Of a stretch of 40,374 nucleotides of DNA, positions 18,237 to 24,913 are shown one piece after another (positions within the stretch are counted from its first letter, which is position 1; each line of letters begins with the position of its first letter). The stretch covers positions 1 through 40,374 of the forward strand of contig JAUMBO010000101.1 of assembly GCA_032119635.1 (NCBI GenBank), written 5' to 3'. The notes below the pieces were generated by a model. That model ran no database searches. It was not told where the DNA came from and worked only from the letters and a program-made list of their open reading frames with translations. A program made the translations under genes and the position numbers. This stretch comes from Solirubrobacterales bacterium. GTDB lineage: Bacteria > Actinomycetota > Thermoleophilia > Solirubrobacterales > 70-9.

Positions 18237-19550
18237 ATGGCCTGGAACGTTGTAATTGCGGGTGGCGGCTTCGCCGGCGCCAATGTGGCGAGGAGACTGG
18301 AAGGGCTCCTGCCGCCCCAGTCGGCCCGGCTGATCCTGGTCAATGACGTCAACTTCATGCTCTACACCCCGTTCCTGCCGGAGGCCGCGGCCGGGACGCT
18401 CGAGCCGCGTCACGTCGTCACTCCGCTGAGGGAGATCATCAAGAGGGCGAACATCAGGCTGGGGGCCGTCGAGGGCCACGATCCGGCGACCCGTCAGGTC
18501 GAGATCTCCACCCACGACGGGGGCAGCGAGACGGTCCGTTACGACCAGCTGGTCCTCGCGCCTGGTTCGATCTCCCGCTTCCTGCCGGTTCCGGGGCTGA
18601 GCGAGCACGCGGTCGGCTTCAAGAGCCTCGCCGATGCGATCTGGGCCCGCAACACGGTGATCGAGTCGCTCGAGTTGGCCAATGCGACCGAGGATCCGGA
18701 ACTGAGGGACCAGCTGCTCCGGTTCGTCTTCGTCGGCGGAGGCTACGCCGGCCTCGAGGCACTGGCCGAGCTCCAGGACTTTGCCGCCGATGCGATGCGC
18801 CACTACCCGAAGGCCCGCCTCCACGGCATGCACTGGCTGCTGGTCGAGGCACGCGACCGGGTCCTGCCCGAGATCGACGAGGTACTGGCCGAGTATGCGG
18901 TCAGGGAGCTGAGGGGAAGGGGCATCGACATCCGACTCAACACGACTCTCTCCGAGGTCACGGCCGACGCGGCCACGCTCTCGACCGGCGAGGTACTGCC
19001 GACCCGGATGGTGGTCTGGACGGCCGGTGTGGTTCCCCATCCGAGCCTGAAGAACCTCTCGGTCCCGCTCGATGATTCCGGCCGGGTCGTGGTCGACAGC
19101 TCGCTCCGGGTCGACGGCCTCGAGGGCGTCTGGGCCCTGGGGGACGCCGCCGCCGTGCCGGATCCCGACGGAGGGCTCTGCCCGCCGACCGCCCAGCACG
19201 CCGTCCGCCAGGCTTCCGTGGTGGCCCGCAACGTCGCGGCGGGACTCGGGATCGGAACGCCCGCTCCTTACAAGTACCGCAGCAAGGCGGCCTTCGTGAA
19301 CCTCGGGCGGTACAAGGCCGTGGGCATGCTCGGGGACCGGACCTTCAGCGGCTTTCCGGCCTGGTGGATGGCACGGACCTACCACATGAGCCAGATCCCG
19401 GGAGGAGCCAGGAAGTTCCGCGCGGTACTCGACTGGACGGCGAGCCTCCCGTTCGGCCGCGACCTCTCCGAGGTCGGCTCGATCGGCCGGCCGGGAGTCC
19501 TCTCGACCGAACGGTACGAGCGCGGCGGCTCTCATCGCCCAATCGACTGA
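18237..19550 (+). CDS. ndh: Type II NADH:quinone oxidoreductase (NDH-2), 437 aa
   Basis: N-terminal VVIAGGGFAGANVARRL (FAD Rossmann fold), a second dinucleotide fold FVFVGGGYAGLEALAEL, and GVWALGDAAAVP. Confidence 0.88.
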   Translation: MAWNVVIAGGGFAGANVARRLEGLLPPQSARLILVNDVNFMLYTPFLPEAAAGTLEPRHVVTPLREIIKRANIRLGAVEGHDPATRQVEISTHDGGSETVRYDQLVLAPGSISRFLPVPGLSEHAVGFKSLADAIWARNTVIESLELANATEDPELRDQLLRFVFVGGGYAGLEALAELQDFAADAMRHYPKARLHGMHWLLVEARDRVLPEIDEVLAEYAVRELRGRGIDIRLNTTLSEVTADAATLSTGEVLPTRMVVWTAGVVPHPSLKNLSVPLDDSGRVVVDSSLRVDGLEGVWALGDAAAVPDPDGGLCPPTAQHAVRQASVVARNVAAGLGIGTPAPYKYRSKAAFVNLGRYKAVGMLGDRTFSGFPAWWMARTYHMSQIPGGARKFRAVLDWTASLPFGRDLSEVGSIGRPGVLSTERYERGGSHRPID

Positions 19551-19553
19551 CCC

Positions 19554-19850
19554 GTGGGCTACGAGTGGATATTCATCGCGGTCGCGTTCGGCATCGCTAC
19601 CGGGATCATCGGCAAGGCGAAGGGGAACTCCTTCCTGCTCTGGCTCCTGATCGGCACCGTTCTGCCGGTGCTCGGCCTGATCGCCGTCCTGCTCTCCCGT
19701 AACGAGGAAGTCGAGCCCGAGCGGCAGTGTCCGAACTGCCGGAAGATCGTCAAGCTCTACGTTCAGGTCTGCCCGAGGTGCGGCGAGGAGCTCTACCTGC
19801 CGGACCCGTCGGAGACCCGGATGCCCCCGCCGCGTCGCGGCTCTACCTGA
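19554..19850 (+). CDS. Small membrane protein with a C-terminal zinc ribbon (98 aa)
   Basis: Two hydrophobic helices, then CPNCRK-X12-CPRCG (a CxxC...CxxC zinc ribbon). GTG start 3 nt after the ndh stop. The 3' end overlaps the converging GT2 gene by 8 nt. Confidence 0.5.
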   Translation: MGYEWIFIAVAFGIATGIIGKAKGNSFLLWLLIGTVLPVLGLIAVLLSRNEEVEPERQCPNCRKIVKLYVQVCPRCGEELYLPDPSETRMPPPRRGST

Positions 19851-20913
19851 GCCAGGTGCGGAAGATCGCGTTGGCGAAGCCGACCCCGTAGCGAAATACG
19901 GCCGGCTTCTTCGAGGTGCCGTGAAGCCGGGCGACCACCGTAACCGGCACCTCTTCCGACGGGACGCCCCTCTTGATCGCCTCGATCAGGAACTCCGAGG
20001 TGTGGAACTGTTCCTGACGAAGGACGAGCTGGGGGAGGACGGTGGTCCGGACGGCGCGGTACCCGTTCGAGCAGTCGGTGACCCGGGTACGGGTGATCAG
20101 GGAGACGAGCCGGTTGAAGAAGACGATTCCGGCCTCCCGTACCGGGTGCCCCTTCTCGGCAGAGCCGAGGATTCGGGATCCGTGGGTCACGTCGACCGTT
20201 CCGTCGAGGACAGGAGCCACCAGTCGGGGCATCTCCGACGGCAGGTGCTGTCCGTCGGCATCCATCGTCACCGTCACCTCGGCGCCCGAGTCGACCATCA
20301 GGCGATAGCCGGTCCTCATCGCCGCCCCACCGCCCCGGTTGACGGCGTGCCGGGCGACGACGGCGCCGTGGTGCTCGGCCGCGGTCGACGTCTCGTCCCT
20401 CGACCCGTCGTCGACCACGAGCACGGCGGTCGGGAGTCCGCAGACCTCGTCCGGGATCGCGTCGAGGACCTCGCCGATGTTCTCGGCCTCGTTGTAGGCC
20501 GGGATCACGATCCCGACCCGGCCGCGAAACCTTTCCCGGTGGCCTTCGGCCCGGAACTGCTCGGATGCCAGTCCCTCGAGTGCTTCGGACAGCTCCCGCC
20601 GGTTGCGGGCCCCGACCGAGAGCGCTCGGATCGAGACGACGAACAGGACGATGATCGCGAAGACGGCCAGGCCGAGGATCCGCCCACCGTTCCCCCGTTC
20701 GAAGGAGAAGGCCGAGAGCACCCGGTCGGTCAGCTCGGTCCCCGAGACGACGACCAGTCCGAGTCCGCAGGCGAGCAGCAGGAGCACGATCGCGTTGGCC
20801 AGCGCCTTCCTCCGGGCAAGCGCGTATACCAGCAGTCCCAGGCCGAGCAGCAGGCCGAAGATCCGGAGTGCGGTCAGCTCCGGCGGAAGGATCGAGCCCG
20901 TGATCAGACTCAA
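19843..20913 (-). CDS. GT2-family polyprenyl-phosphate glycosyltransferase (DPM1/GtrB/ArnC-like) with an N-terminal extension of about 110 aa and 3 TM helices (356 aa)
   Basis: The catalytic domain contains VGIVIPAYNEAENIGEVL, VLVVDDGSRDET, NRGGGAAMRTGY and TMDADGQHLPSEMPRL (a DxD-type DAD motif as in dolichyl/undecaprenyl-phosphate sugar synthases). TTGA overlap with the upstream GT-C gene. Confidence 0.8.
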   Translation of the reverse strand: MSLITGSILPPELTALRIFGLLLGLGLLVYALARRKALANAIVLLLLACGLGLVVVSGTELTDRVLSAFSFERGNGGRILGLAVFAIIVLFVVSIRALSVGARNRRELSEALEGLASEQFRAEGHRERFRGRVGIVIPAYNEAENIGEVLDAIPDEVCGLPTAVLVVDDGSRDETSTAAEHHGAVVARHAVNRGGGAAMRTGYRLMVDSGAEVTVTMDADGQHLPSEMPRLVAPVLDGTVDVTHGSRILGSAEKGHPVREAGIVFFNRLVSLITRTRVTDCSNGYRAVRTTVLPQLVLRQEQFHTSEFLIEAIKRGVPSEEVPVTVVARLHGTSKKPAVFRYGVGFANAIFRTWLR

Positions 20914-22304
20914 GGCGCCGAGTCCCCTTCAGATCGCGGGGCATTGGGCAGCAAGGAGCCACCCGCTCCGGCAAGCTGTCGCCATCCGGCCGAGATCGCC
21001 GTCGCGCCGAGAACGAGGACGAGGGTCATGAGTACCTCGTTCCTCCTCGGGGGTGCCAGGGTCAGGACGCCGATCGCGCTAACGACGATGATCGGGATGG
21101 TCAATGGAATGACCTCCCAACGACGGGCGGCGCCGAGCATGATCGCCCCGGCAAGCCCCGCCAGGACCAGGTACAGCTGGACCGCCCTCCCGGGCGGGCT
21201 GGACATCGCTTCGCCTATTCCCGAGCTCCACATCCTCGTCCCCTTCCGGACCAGCATCCCGAAGTAATCGAGGGGTTCCTCGCGCAGGTAACGGGAGAGG
21301 TTCTCCCTGCCGATGCGTCCGAGTGCCTCGTCACGGTCGAGCTCAGGGTATTGGGCGGCCACCCGGTCGAAGAGCGGGGCCGGATCTACTTCGTCCAACC
21401 CCTCGGAGCCGACCGGCAGCGAGACTCCCTCGAATCGTTCCAGCAGGTCGGCCTTGACCGCCTGGTACTCACCGTCGGCCGGCAGGTAGGTGCCGACGAA
21501 GAGCGCCTTGCCGCTCCCCGTCGTGATCGGCACCACTCGTTCGAGGGTGACCACGTTGTGGATCGTCCAGGGAACGATCGGGATCAGCAGAGCGACCGAG
21601 AACGAGGCGGTCGCGAGCAGGGCCCTCGACGGCCCGGAACGAAGCCACTGGCGAACGACGAGGAACAGCGCCATCACGAGGCTGGCGAAGAGGTATTCGG
21701 GCCTGATCAGCGAGGTCAGGCCGAACAGCAGGCCGGGCAGGATCCAGGCCAGCGGTGCCACCCGGCCGCCGACCGAGTCGGCCCACAGGAATGCGAGGAC
21801 CGCAGCGGGCAGCATGAAGATCGCGGCTGGCTCGCTCATCAGGGATCCGACCGAGTGGATGAACGGGGGATAGAGGGCGACCAGGCCGGCGGCCAGCAGG
21901 GGAGCGGTCGGCCCGGGGTCGAGTCGGGCGGCGATCAGGAAGACGATCAGGACCGCGGCCGTTCCCAGCAGCGCCTGGATGCCGCGCCCGACACCGTCGT
22001 TCACCTCGCCGGCGACAAAGTGTCCTGCCGCGAAGAGGAGTGGGGCACCGGGTGACCAGTCGCCCGGGTCGCGGAAGTCGGGGCCGCCGTAGCTGCCGTC
22101 TTCGTAGAGGGACTCGGCCAGGGCCCGGTAGGCGAGGGCATCGTCGCCCGGAGCGGGGTGGGGATTGACCACGCGATCCATCCGCAGGCCGAATCCGACG
22201 GCGACGATCACGAGGAGGATGACGGCCGCCCTGTTTCCGTAACGGATAAAGGGCGCCAGCACTGCCGGGCCCCGTCGGGGCTCGTTTTGATCCTGCTTGG
22301 CCAC
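20910..22304 (-). CDS. GT-C fold membrane glycosyltransferase, ArnT/PMT_2-like (GT39/GT83-like), paralog 2 (about 464 aa)
   Basis: Multi-pass membrane protein with a first-loop motif GDDALAYRALAESL that resembles the DExRYA loop of ArnT-type enzymes. It is colinear with the upstream paralog (WILPGL.FGL...RPE, PWTI.N, VPI.TG.G.ALF.G.YLP.DG). I chose the GTG at 22304, 8 nt after the upstream stop. The tracked ORF extends to 22529, inside the upstream gene. Confidence 0.7.
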   Translation of the reverse strand: MAKQDQNEPRRGPAVLAPFIRYGNRAAVILLVIVAVGFGLRMDRVVNPHPAPGDDALAYRALAESLYEDGSYGGPDFRDPGDWSPGAPLLFAAGHFVAGEVNDGVGRGIQALLGTAAVLIVFLIAARLDPGPTAPLLAAGLVALYPPFIHSVGSLMSEPAAIFMLPAAVLAFLWADSVGGRVAPLAWILPGLLFGLTSLIRPEYLFASLVMALFLVVRQWLRSGPSRALLATASFSVALLIPIVPWTIHNVVTLERVVPITTGSGKALFVGTYLPADGEYQAVKADLLERFEGVSLPVGSEGLDEVDPAPLFDRVAAQYPELDRDEALGRIGRENLSRYLREEPLDYFGMLVRKGTRMWSSGIGEAMSSPPGRAVQLYLVLAGLAGAIMLGAARRWEVIPLTIPIIVVSAIGVLTLAPPRRNEVLMTLVLVLGATAISAGWRQLAGAGGSLLPNAPRSEGDSAP

Positions 22305-22312
22305 GGGGCCGG

Positions 22313-23647
22313 TCAGGGTAAGGGACGGGGTCCCGTCCGACGCTCGATCAGCCGCGCCGGAAAGGAACCGGCCAGGGCCGCACCGGAGCCGGCGAGAGCG
22401 GCTATGACCGGCCAGATCGAGAGTGCCCGGCGGGGCGATGCGATCAGCAGCAGCCCGAGCACGGCCACGGAGACCACCACGGCGGCCAGGACCCGGAACT
22501 CGGTCGGCCGGGTCCTCCACGCCTGCCACAGGCCGACCAGGAAGAAGGCGATGATCGCCCAGTGGACGAGCCGGCCCGGCAGGCTTCCGGTCAGGCTCGC
22601 ACGGCCCCTGAGCCAGACGTGGTAGGTCTTCTGGGCCATGAGGCCGGCCAGCCGGAGCGGGGTTCCGGTCAGGGCATCGAGGTACTGCTCCCTGCCGAGC
22701 CGGGCGAGGGTCGCATCAGGTTCGGCCCCGGCGTCCTCCCGGAGCGCCAGGGCGGTCAGGACCTGGTCTTCGGTTGGAGCCTCGCCGGGCTCGGGTGGGG
22801 CTCCGGTTGCCTCGATCAGGACCGCGGTGCTCGCCAGGGCAGGCCGGCGTTCGAACAGCTCCGGGAGGAGCCTCTGCGGATCCCCGTCGGTCGGCAGGTA
22901 GCTGCCGGTGAACAGCGCCTGGCCTCCCCCGGTCGAGATCGGGACGAAACGCCCTAGCTCGGCTGCGTTCCGGATCGTCCAGGGGGCGATCACCAGCACC
23001 GCCGAAGCGAGCAGGATCGCCGGCCCGGCAAGCGCCTCGAGGTAGCCATCCCGGCGACGGCCGATTGCGACGACCGCCGCGGTCACGACCGCCACGGCGA
23101 GGAACTCCGGTCGGACCATCGCGCCCAGGCCGAAGAACAGGCCGGGCAGGATCCAGCCCGGACCGGGGCCCTCTCCCTCGACCCGGAACAGGGCCAGCAG
23201 GGCGAGGGTGATCAGGAGACCGCCCAGCCCCTCGGTCAGGACCATTCCCGAGTCGGCGATCAGGGTGGGGTAGAAGGCGACTATGGCGGCCCCGGTGAGA
23301 GCCCCGCCGTAGCCGGTCAGCCTCCGGCCCAGCAGGAAGGTTGCCGGGATGGCCAGGGTGCCGAGCAGCGCGAGCAGTATTCGTGCGGTCCGGGCGTCAT
23401 CGGTGCCGAGTACTGCGTAGAGCCCGCCCACCAGAAGTGGGAGGCCGGGCGAGTAGTTGCTCGCCGGCTGGGTCCAGGCCGGCAGATCCGGCCCGATTTG
23501 CTCGAACATCCCCTGCTCCGCCACCCCGCGGGCGAGACGCTCGTAGGCGGCCGAGTCGGGCAGGTTCTCGTCGGCTCCGTCCATGGCCTGATCGAGGCGA
23601 AGTCCGAACCCGGCCAGAACGATGAGAAGGAGCGCTGCCAGCCTCAC
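22313..23647 (-). CDS. GT-C fold membrane glycosyltransferase, ArnT/PMT_2-like, paralog 1 (about 444 aa)
   Basis: Multi-pass membrane protein with the loop motif PDSAAYERLARGV and shared blocks with paralog 2. I prefer the GTG at 23647 because TAGGAT-N7 precedes it. The TTG at 23668 (tracked ORF start) is the alternative. Confidence 0.7.
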   Translation of the reverse strand: MRLAALLLIVLAGFGLRLDQAMDGADENLPDSAAYERLARGVAEQGMFEQIGPDLPAWTQPASNYSPGLPLLVGGLYAVLGTDDARTARILLALLGTLAIPATFLLGRRLTGYGGALTGAAIVAFYPTLIADSGMVLTEGLGGLLITLALLALFRVEGEGPGPGWILPGLFFGLGAMVRPEFLAVAVVTAAVVAIGRRRDGYLEALAGPAILLASAVLVIAPWTIRNAAELGRFVPISTGGGQALFTGSYLPTDGDPQRLLPELFERRPALASTAVLIEATGAPPEPGEAPTEDQVLTALALREDAGAEPDATLARLGREQYLDALTGTPLRLAGLMAQKTYHVWLRGRASLTGSLPGRLVHWAIIAFFLVGLWQAWRTRPTEFRVLAAVVVSVAVLGLLLIASPRRALSIWPVIAALAGSGAALAGSFPARLIERRTGPRPLP

Positions 23648-23654
23648 CGGCCCG

Positions 23655-23660
23655 ATCCTA
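23655..23660 (-). promoter_or_regulatory. Putative -10 hexamer TAGGAT, 7 nt upstream of the GT-C paralog 1 GTG
   Basis: The minus strand reads TAGGAT-cgggccg-GTG(23647). It sits back-to-back with the TAGGCT of sqdB. Confidence 0.35.
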
Positions 23661-23678
23661 GTGCGCAACGGGAACCGC

Positions 23679-23684
23679 TAGGCT
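23679..23684 (+). promoter_or_regulatory. Putative -10 hexamer TAGGCT, 10 nt upstream of the sqdB ATG
   Basis: TAGGCT-gccgtctgtc-ATG(23695). The spacing is longer than at the other sites, which implies a very short leader. Confidence 0.3.
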
Positions 23685-23694
23685 GCCGTCTGTC

Positions 23695-24888
23695 ATGCGG
23701 ATCCTCATCCTCGGTGGAGACGGCTATCTCGGTTGGCCCACGGCCATGCGCTTCTCGCAGGCCGGTCACGAGGTGACCGTGGTCGACAACTTCTCTCGCC
23801 GGCGGTGGCACCTCGCCCAGTCGACCGACTCGCTGACTCCTATTCATCCCCTCGAGGACCGGATCGAGGCCTGGGAAGAGGTCTCCGGCAAGCGGATCGA
23901 GGCCCGGATCGGCTCGATCGAGGATGCGGAGTTCCTCGACGAGGTCGTGGCCGAGGCGCTGCCCGAGACGATCATCCACTACGGCGAGCAGCCTTCGGCG
24001 CCCTACTCGATGAAGTCCCGCCAGGCTGCGGTCGAGACCCAGCAGACCAACGTGATCGGAACCCTCAACCTGCTCTTCTCGATGCAGTCGTACGTTCCGG
24101 ACGCCCACCTGATCAAGCTCGGGACGATGGGGGAGTACGGAACCCCGAACATCGACATCGAAGAGGGCTACATCGAGATTGAGCACAACGGCAGGAAGGA
24201 CACGCTGCCCTTCCCCAAGCTGCCCGGCTCGCTCTATCACTGCTCGAAGGTCCACGACTCGACCAACATCCACTTCGCGACCCGCATCTGGGGCCTGAGA
24301 GCCACCGACCTCAACCAGGGGGTCGTCTACGGGATCGAAACCGACGAGACGGTGCTCGACCCCCGTCTCGCCACCCGCTTCGATTACGACGAGACCTTCG
24401 GCACCGTGCTGAACCGGTTCTGCGTCCAGGCCGTGGTCGGTCACCCGCTGACCGTCTACGGCGGCGGCGGACAGACCCGGGGGTACCTGAACATCCGCGA
24501 CACGCTGCGGTGCGTCGAGCTGGCGACGATGAACCCGGCCGATCGGGGCGAGTTCCGGGTCTTCAACCAGTTCACCGAGCAGTTCTCGGTCACCGAGATC
24601 GCCGACCTTGTCGCCGAGGCCGCCGGTCGGGTCGGAATCGACGTGACGATCGAGACCTTCCCCAATCCCCGTGTCGAGCTCGAGCAGCACTACTACAACG
24701 CCTCGAACCAGAAGCTGCTCGACCTCGGGCTCGAGCCCCATTTCCTGGGTGAAGAGCTGGTCCACTCGATGCTGAAAGAGATCGACCGGCACCGCGATCG
24801 GGTGATCTACCGTGCGATCACGCCGAAGACCAAGTGGAACCCCGGGGAGCTCGAGGGCGGAGCCCTCTCTGCTGCCAGGGAAACCTGA
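23695..24888 (+). CDS. sqdB: UDP-sulfoquinovose synthase (SQD1/SqdB/Agl3 family SDR), 397 aa
   Basis: Long colinear identity blocks with plant SQD1 as I recall it: GGDGY.GW, HYGEQPSAPYSM, NVIGTLN.LF, KLGTMGEYGTPNIDIEEGYI, YH.SKVHD (catalytic Y-x3-K), LRATDLNQGVVYG, NRFCVQA.VGHPLTVYG.GGQTRGYL.IRDT, EFRVFNQFTEQFSV and NPRVE.E.HYYNA. Confidence 0.9.
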   Translation: MRILILGGDGYLGWPTAMRFSQAGHEVTVVDNFSRRRWHLAQSTDSLTPIHPLEDRIEAWEEVSGKRIEARIGSIEDAEFLDEVVAEALPETIIHYGEQPSAPYSMKSRQAAVETQQTNVIGTLNLLFSMQSYVPDAHLIKLGTMGEYGTPNIDIEEGYIEIEHNGRKDTLPFPKLPGSLYHCSKVHDSTNIHFATRIWGLRATDLNQGVVYGIETDETVLDPRLATRFDYDETFGTVLNRFCVQAVVGHPLTVYGGGGQTRGYLNIRDTLRCVELATMNPADRGEFRVFNQFTEQFSVTEIADLVAEAAGRVGIDVTIETFPNPRVELEQHYYNASNQKLLDLGLEPHFLGEELVHSMLKEIDRHRDRVIYRAITPKTKWNPGELEGGALSAARET

Positions 24889-24913
24889 CCTCGTTGCTAG
24901 GATTAGCGGTCCT

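Noticed and set aside
22305-22529. The N-terminal 75-aa extension of the second GT-C ORF (tracked start at 22529). Analogous tracked-ORF extensions exist for gatB (16505-16732), ilvB (24812-24913), ilvN (26344-26592), menD (30201-30353) and menA (32136-32348).
   Set aside because: Each extension lies inside the preceding gene's coding region in another frame. In each case an internal ATG/GTG sits at or just after the upstream stop and restores the canonical protein N-terminus and length.
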